A DNA stretch of 64,000 nucleotides from Candidatus Thalassarchaeum sp. (GTDB taxonomy: Archaea; Thermoplasmatota; Poseidoniia; Poseidoniales; Thalassarchaeaceae). Of this stretch, positions 1 through 7,583 are shown one piece after another (position 1 is the first letter of the stretch; each line of letters opens with the position of its first letter). A program made the position numbers and the translations under genes. Below the pieces are notes generated by a model that was given only the letters and a program-made list of their open reading frames with translations, did no database searches and had not been told where the DNA came from. The stretch spans positions 5,798 to 69,797 of the forward strand of contig JADHRW010000007.1 of NCBI GenBank assembly GCA_016777225.1. Reading direction: 5' to 3'.

Positions 1-235
1 TGTCTAGGATATTATTTTACTACAGTCATTAAAATAATAATTCCAACATATATAATTATAAGAGAGGATCTAGGTATTGATAATCATTAATTAATCCAAA
101 AAAAATCACTGAGAGTTTGGGTTCATAGAAGCAATGCAGATAATTATCTTATTAACAGCATACTTGTCAGGTTGGTTAGGAGCAATTTGGGTGGGATAGA
201 TAAGCAGAATTATTAACAATATGACACTAGAATAG

Positions 236-1144
236 GTGATAGCAATGGATTCTACCCGTCAAGATTTACGATTAACAACAATAGTTGTTACTTCCGTCTC
301 TATCATTGTCTTTTTGGTGGTCAGTGCTGTTGGAAATAATTCTGTGATTTTGAATGAATACTCGGCTGTACTATATTGTGCAGCAATTTGTATCGGTATA
401 CAATGGGTAGTGTGGATACCTGCATCTATCGGACAAACAGAACGCTTCTATGATTTAACGGGTGGCTTAACTTATCTAACAGTAGTAGGATTCAGCCTTT
501 GGGCAGGTTCACAGTCCGAACCTCCTAGTTTGAGAGAATTAATCGTCAGTTTACTTGTTGTCATCTGGTCATTACGTCTGTCCAGTTTTCTTTATCTGCG
601 TATACACCGAACTGGTAAAGATGGACGCTTTGATAAACTCAAAACATCACCTATCCGATTTCTTGTACCATGGACTCTACAAGGATTGTGGGTTTTCCTA
701 ACAATGATAGTTGTTATTGTAATCAATAGTCAAGCAGATTCAGCACCTGCATTAGGGGTATGGGACGGTATAGGATTATCAATATGGATACTAGGATTTG
801 GTATTGAAGCCATAGCAGATAATCAAAAAACAGTATTCAATACAGAACCAGAAAATAAGGGCAAATGGATAGATAGTGGTCTGTGGTCATACTCTAGGCA
901 TCCTAACTACTTAGGAGAAATTCTTCTATGGACTGGAATCGCCTTCTTTGGAATATCTTGCTTCACAGGTCTTGAAAGAGTTGCTTGGATATCACCCATA
1001 TTCATTTATCTTCTCTTAACGAAAATCAGTGGAACCCCCATACTCGATAAACGAGCTTTGGAAAAGTGGGGGGATGATCCAGAATATCAAAAATATAGAG
1101 ATAATACTCCTGCTCTAATTCCGCGATTGAATAAAAAGTCATAA
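236..1144 (+). CDS. DUF1295 / steroid-5-alpha-reductase-like polytopic membrane protein
   Basis: 302-aa ORF with multiple hydrophobic helices. The C-terminal 'YSRHPNYLGEILLWTG' motif is typical of this membrane fold. GTG start at 236; an ATG alternative lies at 245. Confidence 0.6.
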   Translation: MIAMDSTRQDLRLTTIVVTSVSIIVFLVVSAVGNNSVILNEYSAVLYCAAICIGIQWVVWIPASIGQTERFYDLTGGLTYLTVVGFSLWAGSQSEPPSLRELIVSLLVVIWSLRLSSFLYLRIHRTGKDGRFDKLKTSPIRFLVPWTLQGLWVFLTMIVVIVINSQADSAPALGVWDGIGLSIWILGFGIEAIADNQKTVFNTEPENKGKWIDSGLWSYSRHPNYLGEILLWTGIAFFGISCFTGLERVAWISPIFIYLLLTKISGTPILDKRALEKWGDDPEYQKYRDNTPALIPRLNKKS

Positions 1145-1145
1145 T

Positions 1146-1165
1146 ATTCTAAAACTCATTAGAAT
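1146..1165 (+). terminator. Possible hairpin just after the stop codon of the 236..1144 gene
   Basis: ATTCTAA-AACTCA-TTAGAAT gives a 7-bp perfect stem 2 nt after the TAA at 1142-1144. A T5 run follows about 10 nt later. Confidence 0.3.
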
Positions 1166-1167
1166 AG

Positions 1168-1183
1168 AAAAATATATTTTTAT
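1168..1183 (+). promoter_or_regulatory. TATA-like box for a probably leaderless transcript of the 1202..1429 ORF
   Basis: AAAAATATATTTTTAT is centred about 26 nt upstream of the ATG at 1202. No SD-like sequence lies in between. Confidence 0.35.
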
Positions 1184-1201
1184 GTATTTATTGCAACATA
1201 C

Positions 1202-1429
1202 ATGAATGAAGAAAACGCCAAGAAGATATGGGCGTATATTCAAGAATCGGGTGATAAATTAGACGGTAAATTACCTAGTTCTAGAAATCATCCTAAGGGT
1301 AGAAATCCCTATGCTCATGTTGCCATTTGTGTCAAAAGTAAGTTCGGACACTCATACAAAGAAATTCCTGATGAAAGAATGAACGAAGTTCTCGAATACA
1401 TAGACTATTTAGTAGAAAATCCATCATAG
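1202..1429 (+). CDS. Hypothetical small protein (75 aa)
   Basis: ORF with an upstream TATA-like box. I recognise no motif. Confidence 0.4.
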   Translation: MNEENAKKIWAYIQESGDKLDGKLPSSRNHPKGRNPYAHVAICVKSKFGHSYKEIPDERMNEVLEYIDYLVENPS

Positions 1430-2776
1430 TTCAGAATTATTAGTATTTTTTCTTCTACTAACAAAAGCAGCACTAACTAATGACATCAGTTGAATAAGTA
1501 GTGAAGGAGCAGGGAGAAAACTATCACTTGAAGAATCTATTTGAATCATTGAAGAGTCAATTAATTCATCTACCCATTTTGAAGAATCTATTACTCGCTT
1601 TTGATAATGGATACTCCAGATTCCATTGTCAACTAAACTAAGGTTTGTAGAATCGAGAACAATCATAGACTCATTAGTTGCATTCACTCCGAATGTTTCT
1701 GAATGCCATAATAACTCGCCATTAGAATTAGTATAATGAAATGTAGCATTTGATGTACTAGCATGACCTAAGTTAATCACATGTGCCTCTAATTGATTAC
1801 CTCTAATTTCAAAATCTTCGATAACTAATCGTGCACGCCAGTACCAGACATTTTCAATTAAATATTCCATCACATCTAATTCTTCACCCAGTCTATCAGA
1901 TAGAGATTCGACAGTACCGAGAAGGAATTGTTCGTCATCAGTTTCGAATGTAAATGTTGGATAGCCCATAACACCGTAACCATAATCTCGACTAGTACCA
2001 CAATTCGGATACAAGCCCTGATTAGCATTACGAATAGGTATTTCAGAAATATTACTATTTACATCATCTCTGATGGAATGGTACATCTCCCAGTCAGAAG
2101 GCTGTTCAGGCCATTTCCCCCAAGGATATAGCATGATCCAGACACCCGTATGCATGGTGATATACAAGTCAGCATGAGGTACAACATCATTCATATAAAT
2201 CGAATTTGCTAGCGTCTCAGATTCACTGAATGCGCTACTACCAGGCTGAGTCGAATCGCATGTATTCCAGTAATGATCATAATTCCGATTCAAGTCAACT
2301 TGATTGACATTCCACCTAGTATCGAAATCATTTCCGTCTGCATTCAACATTATGAGAATATGTAATTCAGTAGTAGTGAGAACTTCAATAACATCTTGTT
2401 CACCATTTGCCCATCCCTCGATATAGTATTCTGCTGTAAGAAAAGCTAGTTCGGTACCAAGATGTTCATTCCCATGATGACCACCATCGATGTAAACAAC
2501 TTCTTTATCTGATCCATCCAATTTAGTTTCAATACTCCAGTCAGAAATTTGCAGCATCCAAAGATTTCTACCCAACTCTGTTTGACCTACAGAGAGTAAT
2601 TTGACAATATCCGGATTATTATCTGCCCACTCATTGACATCTAAGGTTAGAGTAGTGTAGGTATGGTACCAGTGCTCCTGAATTATATCGGGTTGGCCTA
2701 CTTGTGCAGTCACCATTGGAGATGCTGAAGTCACAGCCAATGAGGCAATAACAATGGCTACTATTAAGCGACTCAT
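1424..2776 (-). CDS. Secreted zinc carboxypeptidase, M14 family, with C-terminal membrane-anchor/sorting-like tail
   Basis: N-terminal signal-like helix (LIVAIVIASLAVTSASP). 'GGHHGNEHLG' (HxxE zinc motif) and 'NRNY' are typical of M14. The C-terminus is a Ser-rich linker, then LPAPS, a hydrophobic helix and RRK. Confidence 0.8.
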   Translation of the reverse strand: MSRLIVAIVIASLAVTSASPMVTAQVGQPDIIQEHWYHTYTTLTLDVNEWADNNPDIVKLLSVGQTELGRNLWMLQISDWSIETKLDGSDKEVVYIDGGHHGNEHLGTELAFLTAEYYIEGWANGEQDVIEVLTTTELHILIMLNADGNDFDTRWNVNQVDLNRNYDHYWNTCDSTQPGSSAFSESETLANSIYMNDVVPHADLYITMHTGVWIMLYPWGKWPEQPSDWEMYHSIRDDVNSNISEIPIRNANQGLYPNCGTSRDYGYGVMGYPTFTFETDDEQFLLGTVESLSDRLGEELDVMEYLIENVWYWRARLVIEDFEIRGNQLEAHVINLGHASTSNATFHYTNSNGELLWHSETFGVNATNESMIVLDSTNLSLVDNGIWSIHYQKRVIDSSKWVDELIDSSMIQIDSSSDSFLPAPSLLIQLMSLVSAAFVSRRKNTNNSEL

Positions 2777-2852
2777 GTATTACCTGTAGGGGTCATTACC
2801 TAGAATCATTTGCATGATAGAAGTTAAGAAATTATTCTAATGTCACGCACAA

Positions 2853-2987
2853 TTAATTTCCGCATCCGCAGCCAGTATCTTGACATGAGGGCTCAGGTGT
2901 TTCGATAACTACCTCTTTCTTTTTCCTATTCATTAGTTTAGAAGGTATGCGGATTTTTCTTTGTCCCTTAGCAGTGCGAGGATCCAT
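2853..2987 (-). CDS. Candidate 44-aa basic peptide with Cys-rich C-terminus (below the ORF-track cutoff)
   Basis: My translation is MDPRTAKGQRKIRIPSKLMNRKKKEVVIETPEPSCQDTGCGCGN. It lies 79 nt downstream of the metal ABC permease on the same strand. There is no independent support. Confidence 0.25.
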   Translation of the reverse strand: MDPRTAKGQRKIRIPSKLMNRKKKEVVIETPEPSCQDTGCGCGN

Positions 2988-3065
2988 TTCCCTTACAATA
3001 TAAATATGCTTTTTAATATTTCTCTCAAGGAAAAATATCTAATTACTATTGTATAAAATAGATCA

Positions 3066-3992
3066 TTAATTATTTGAATAATTCTCATTAGGACGAATGA
3101 AATTTCTAATAATTATTTGTATTATAGCAACAGAAGCAAAGATAATAGCTGCGATTAGAGCAATCATTGATCCACTGCCACTGCTATATTCTGCAGAAAA
3201 ATAAAGTCCTAACAAAACAGAACTCAAACCAAATACCTGTGTCCATACTAAGCATGAACGGAAACTGCGACCAACTAACTGTGCAGTTGCTGCAGGTGTG
3301 ACTAAGAGTGCAGTAACAAGTAATGCCCCAACAACTTGTACCATGCTTACAACTACTGCGGCAGTAATTACACTGAATAGTAGCCCAATGCCACGAACTG
3401 GTAGGCCTTGAACCCTAGCTGAAAGTGGATCTACCGTTGTTGCGAGTAATCCTGAACGAATTAAAGTCAATAATATAAGTGAAACTACACAAATGAAAGA
3501 AATCATATCTAAATCGGATTCATCAATTAATAGTAGATTCCCAAACAAATATCCATGAATATCTGAGGTAATACCTCCACCCCAGATTCGCAATGTCACA
3601 AGACCTAGAGCTAACATACCAGTAAGGAAAATTGCAATAGAAGCATCCCCTGTAAGAATTTCTCTTGACTGCATTTCATGTATCAAAATTGCTGCACTAA
3701 TACTGAATATCAGTGCGTACCATAATGGAGATGTTGCTCCAAGAACAATACCTACAGCCACTCCACCGAACGAAACATGTGCAAGACCATCCCCTATCAA
3801 TGCAAGATTTCGAATCAGAAGAAATGTACCAAGAAAACCTGCAACAATTGTAACCATTATGGCTGCAAGTAGTGCGCGTTGAAATAATTCCATGGTAAAG
3901 AAAAAAGGAAATACTTCACCTGGCATTACAGGGGCTATAAATTCCATTAATGGTGAAAAAATATCCATTAATACTCCACCAAGGCCCATCAT
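3066..3992 (-). CDS. Metal (Zn/Mn-type) ABC transporter permease, ABC-3 (ZnuB/MntB/TroCD) family
   Basis: 308-aa polytopic protein with the Gly/Ala-rich helices typical of ABC-3 permeases. Its start overlaps the ATPase stop (TAATG), which suggests translational coupling. Confidence 0.85.
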   Translation of the reverse strand: MMGLGGVLMDIFSPLMEFIAPVMPGEVFPFFFTMELFQRALLAAIMVTIVAGFLGTFLLIRNLALIGDGLAHVSFGGVAVGIVLGATSPLWYALIFSISAAILIHEMQSREILTGDASIAIFLTGMLALGLVTLRIWGGGITSDIHGYLFGNLLLIDESDLDMISFICVVSLILLTLIRSGLLATTVDPLSARVQGLPVRGIGLLFSVITAAVVVSMVQVVGALLVTALLVTPAATAQLVGRSFRSCLVWTQVFGLSSVLLGLYFSAEYSSGSGSMIALIAAIIFASVAIIQIIIRNFIRPNENYSNN

Positions 3993-4810
3993 TAATCCTC
4001 CTTAGAATGATCATGTTGGTGTGAATGAGCTTCTCCATGAACTGGTTCTATACCACGCAAACCAGCAAGTTCGTCTAAATCAGGAAAAGTCTCAGTAGGA
4101 CCATCGAATCTAATTTCCTCTTCTAAGAATACCATTCTATGAGCGGTTTGACGTATTGCAGTCAAATCATGTGATACCATCAATATTGTTTTTCCACTAT
4201 CGTGACAAAGTTGGTCTAATAATTTAAGTAAAGAATTTCTAGCGTTACGGTCCATTCCAACTAATGGCTCATCAAGTAAGATAAATTCAGCTTCTGTTGC
4301 TAATGCTCGAGCAATTACTGCACGTTGTCGCTGTCCGCCGGAAAGGCGACTGATATCGATATTTTCAACATCTTCTAAACCAACCATTTTGATTGCTTGA
4401 TCTACTCTTTGACTACGACCATTATCTGACCAAGAAAACATATTGTTAGCATTCAAAGTCCCAAGTTTAACTAATTCACGGACTGTAATTCTAACTTCAC
4501 GAGGTAGGTTCGCTGCTGCTTGAGACACCCAGCCGATTCTCCCATAAAGTTTCCTTGAAAGAGGACGATTACCATAAATATCGATTTTGCCTTTTTGCGC
4601 TTTTAAGACTCCTAGTATAGCCAGTAAAAGTGTGGATTTACCACTACCATTAGGGCCTACCAAACCAACAAATTCACCCTTATGCACTGTCAAATTAATA
4701 TCTTTGAGAACTATTTTTCCAGAACGAATTACTGATAAATTTTCAACATTAAGTATCGGTAATTCTTGCTGAATCTCTTCAACTGCTACCGACTGCATAT
4801 TAGCACCCAC
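3992..4810 (-). CDS. Metal ABC transporter ATP-binding protein (ZnuC-like) with His-rich C-terminal tail
   Basis: Walker A 'GPNGSGKST', signature 'LSGGQRQR' and Walker B 'ILLDEP'. The tail is 'HGEAHSHQHDHSKED'. The start may instead be the internal ATG at 4798. Confidence 0.85.
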   Translation of the reverse strand: MGANMQSVAVEEIQQELPILNVENLSVIRSGKIVLKDINLTVHKGEFVGLVGPNGSGKSTLLLAILGVLKAQKGKIDIYGNRPLSRKLYGRIGWVSQAAANLPREVRITVRELVKLGTLNANNMFSWSDNGRSQRVDQAIKMVGLEDVENIDISRLSGGQRQRAVIARALATEAEFILLDEPLVGMDRNARNSLLKLLDQLCHDSGKTILMVSHDLTAIRQTAHRMVFLEEEIRFDGPTETFPDLDELAGLRGIEPVHGEAHSHQHDHSKED

Positions 4811-4849
4811 AGAGACAATATATTAGATTGCATCGTACAAGCTCGGAGT

Positions 4850-4951
4850 TTAAGCACTCCTTGCTCTGTAATATTCAACCATCAAGTGCCCTATCATAAT
4901 TAAAAATACACCGGTGACTAAGATTATTGGTAAGGTATCAACCATGTGCAT
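4850..4951 (-). CDS. Candidate 33-aa single-helix membrane peptide between the binding-protein and ATPase genes
   Basis: My translation is MHMVDTLPIILVTGVFLIMIGHLMVEYYRARSA. It occupies the 181-nt intercistronic gap. The same region also holds an imperfect hairpin (4839..4867). Confidence 0.2.
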   Translation of the reverse strand: MHMVDTLPIILVTGVFLIMIGHLMVEYYRARSA

Positions 4952-4991
4952 TTACATCACCTATATATCTTATCTTAATAATAGAAATGAA

Positions 4992-7028
4992 TTAGCATCC
5001 AATTCCGTCAACCAGATTGTCGAGATTCTTATTCATCATTGACATGTAATCATCGTTAGCATCACTTGGAGACATTTCCATAGTGTATAGTATCTCAATT
5101 GTCACACCTGTTTCTTGGACAATGCTATCAACAGCAGTTTGGTCAGTGTACTCTTCAACGAACAAAACTGTAATTCCTTCTTCATTAATGTGTTCAACAA
5201 CATTGGCAATATCTTGGGGAGATGGTTCTCCTTCTGGATCTAATCCATGCATTGTAATAATTTCAATATCGTATTGAACTGACATGTATGAATATGCATT
5301 ATGATTGGCTACAATAGTCTTCTCTTGACCAGCACAAGTACCATCTTCACCAAATGCGGCATTAAAACTATCATCTAATGCACCTAATTGTAGATTATAT
5401 GCTTCAGCATTTTCTGTAAATACTGTATTTCCATCAGGGAATGTCATCATTAACTTCTCTAAAACAACATTAACTTGTGCTTCGAAGGCTAATGGACTTA
5501 ACCAGCTGTGTGGATCATAATTGAAAACTTCTTCATCATCATCAGCGTGAATCTCTCCACCCTCATCATTATGTTCATCTTCCTCATCTGAGTGATCGTC
5601 ATGGTCATCTCCCTCATCTGAGTGGTCGTCATGGTCATCATGATCATCATGACCGCCCTCACCCATCAATACAAAGAGTTCAACATCGTTAGGTAAAGCG
5701 AATCCATAATCACCTTCTACCTCGATATGAATGACTACAGCACCTACTTCATGATGTCCTTCTTCTTCAGAGTGGTCGTCATCACTGTGGTCATCATCAT
5801 CACCGTGGCCATCATCAGTGTGATTATCATCACCGTGGTCATCATCAGTGTGATTATCATCACCGTGGTCATCATCATCACTGTGATCGTCATGTTCATC
5901 CTCAGGGAAGGATAGTGTGTGTGCAACACTTTCAGCATGTATTTCCGGTAGGTTATGATCTTCATGTTCCATCCAGTCATGACCCGCAGACTCACATTCT
6001 TCCTCTGTTGATTCATAGTTTTCATGAGTCTCAGTATTGTGGCACATTTCTTCACCATGGTCTTCATCTTCAGCCCAAACGTGACCTGCTGCCTCACATT
6101 CTTCCTCAGTAGATTCGTAATTTTCATGAGTCTCAGTGTTGTGACACATCTCATCATCATGAATATCATCACCGTGGCCATCATCAGTGTGATTATCATC
6201 ACCGTGGTCATCATCACCATGGTCATCATCACCATGGTCATCATGTTCATGGTGAGCGTGACCACCTAACATCTTGAGAGCGGCCATGTTGAAGTCTTCG
6301 TCATGTTCAGATTCGAACTCAAGAACGTGCTCTCCGGCTTCCATGTGGAATACTTGGATGGTTGTATCAGCTGGACATGCCTCTGGATTCATGATTATTT
6401 TCTCAGCTCCTGCATGTTCATGTCCTTCGTGTTCGTCGTGATCATCATGATCATCGTCACCGTGGTCATCGTGATCATCATCACCGTGGTCATCGTGATC
6501 ATCATCTGAATGGTCATCGTGATCGTCATGTTCATCCACGGACATCATACCAAGTGCAGTACTTTCAAATGGACCATCACTCATCAACTCGCATAGGTCA
6601 GAAACTAATATTGATTCATAATCTAATGTTGTCTGTCCTGTTGGCATTGCATGAGTCATATATGATGGAGGTGCATCATCACCTAGGGATGAAAGTGTAG
6701 ATTCCACCCAAGGCTCAAGGTTTAATCCATGATAAAAGAACAAATCTGCTTGTTGTAAGCGTATCAAGTCTGATGCTGAAGGTTCGTAATCATGTACTGG
6801 AATATTTTCTTGACTCATGAATTCAATTGATACTTGGTCTCCAGCCACTGCTGAAACTAATTCTCCAACGTGGTATGTAGATACCATAACTGTACCATAT
6901 GACTCAATTTCCATATCTGTATCCGAAATTTCAGTATCATCTGAAAGGCATCCTGCTAGGCTCGATAAAACCAAAATTAAACTCACTGATAGGGCTCTTA
7001 CTGTGTTATTCATGAGCCCTCCGCTCAC
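4992..7028 (-). CDS. ZnuA/TroA-type (cluster A-I) metal-binding lipoprotein with a giant His/Asp/Cys-rich insertion
   Basis: Lipobox 'LSSLAGC'. The N-lobe ('VHDYEPSASD', 'ADLFFYHGLNLEPW') and the 'YDPHSWLSP' motif are typical of ZnuA-like proteins. Residues ~165-500 are DH/DDHGDD low complexity plus repeats. SD GGAGGG lies before the ATG. Confidence 0.8.
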   Translation of the reverse strand: MSGGLMNNTVRALSVSLILVLSSLAGCLSDDTEISDTDMEIESYGTVMVSTYHVGELVSAVAGDQVSIEFMSQENIPVHDYEPSASDLIRLQQADLFFYHGLNLEPWVESTLSSLGDDAPPSYMTHAMPTGQTTLDYESILVSDLCELMSDGPFESTALGMMSVDEHDDHDDHSDDDHDDHGDDDHDDHGDDDHDDHDEHEGHEHAGAEKIIMNPEACPADTTIQVFHMEAGEHVLEFESEHDEDFNMAALKMLGGHAHHEHDDHGDDDHGDDDHGDDNHTDDGHGDDIHDDEMCHNTETHENYESTEEECEAAGHVWAEDEDHGEEMCHNTETHENYESTEEECESAGHDWMEHEDHNLPEIHAESVAHTLSFPEDEHDDHSDDDDHGDDNHTDDDHGDDNHTDDGHGDDDDHSDDDHSEEEGHHEVGAVVIHIEVEGDYGFALPNDVELFVLMGEGGHDDHDDHDDHSDEGDDHDDHSDEEDEHNDEGGEIHADDDEEVFNYDPHSWLSPLAFEAQVNVVLEKLMMTFPDGNTVFTENAEAYNLQLGALDDSFNAAFGEDGTCAGQEKTIVANHNAYSYMSVQYDIEIITMHGLDPEGEPSPQDIANVVEHINEEGITVLFVEEYTDQTAVDSIVQETGVTIEILYTMEMSPSDANDDYMSMMNKNLDNLVDGIGC
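5952..6152 (-). repeat. Tandem duplication (2 x 102 nt) encoding 34-aa 'EMCHNTETHENYESTEEECE(A/S)AGH' units inside the binding-protein gene
   Basis: The two consecutive copies are nearly identical at protein level (residues 293-326 and 327-359) and clearly similar at nucleotide level. Confidence 0.8.
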
Positions 7029-7101
7029 TAATAACTATTTAATAAATGTTAATAAATATACACTCAGCAATTATTATTAATAGGTCAACTGTCGCAGATT
7101 C
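7029..7101. promoter_or_regulatory. Divergent promoter/operator region between the metal-uptake operon and the NikR-like regulator
   Basis: 73-nt AT-rich spacer with the direct repeat TAATAAATGT/TAATAAATAT and a second AT-rich box (ATTATTATTAATAGG) about 25 nt before the ATG at 7102. Confidence 0.4.
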
Positions 7102-7527
7102 ATGAGTCAAATAATAACGTTTAGTGCGGACAAAGCATTTGCTAATGATTTAGATAATATAATTAAAAAATCAGGTTATCAAAATCGTAGTAAATTTATG
7201 AGAGATGCAGCATTATATTACGCAGATTTACAGCAAAGAGGTGAATTGGCGGATATGAAAGATGATGAGATTTTAGAAGGACATGTGGTTATTTACTATC
7301 AACATGGAATAGAACACAAGTTGACAGATGTTAGGCATACTAATAATCTTGAGATTTCTTCTTATAATCATAGTTGCTTAAAGCACAGTCATTCCTGCGT
7401 AGATGTCATTCAATGTATTGGAACAGCGAAAAATTATCGAATGGTGATAGAACAATTGCAAAATACGCCAAATATATATAAAGTTCAGTTCGTTAGTGCT
7501 CCAATTAGAGAAGATGGATGTTGCTAG
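7102..7527 (+). CDS. NikR-family (ribbon-helix-helix plus metal-binding domain) transcriptional regulator
   Basis: The N-terminal 'GYQNRSKFMRDAALYY' resembles the NikR RHH motif (GYxNRSExIRD). The C-terminal domain has a His/Cys cluster 'NHSCLKHSHSCVD' and ends in -GCC. Confidence 0.7.
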   Translation: MSQIITFSADKAFANDLDNIIKKSGYQNRSKFMRDAALYYADLQQRGELADMKDDEILEGHVVIYYQHGIEHKLTDVRHTNNLEISSYNHSCLKHSHSCVDVIQCIGTAKNYRMVIEQLQNTPNIYKVQFVSAPIREDGCC

Positions 7528-7583
7528 TTGTAGGAACTTAATTTCACATGTGATCTAATAGTGACTTTAGGAATAGTGAGATA

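Noticed and set aside
134-199. 21-aa hydrophobic mini-ORF (MQIIILLTAYLSGWLGAIWVG) upstream of the DUF1295-like gene.
   Set aside because: It is too short to support without conservation data.
5727-6509. A stack of overlapping ORFs on both strands (5727..5915+, 5744..6265-, 5915..6112+, 6024..6269+, 6303..6509+) with VVII/MMTT-type low-complexity translations.
   Set aside because: They are shadow frames of the GAT/CAT/GAC codon repeats that encode the His/Asp-rich insertion of the binding protein. Only the 4992..7028 frame has flanking ZnuA-like sequence.
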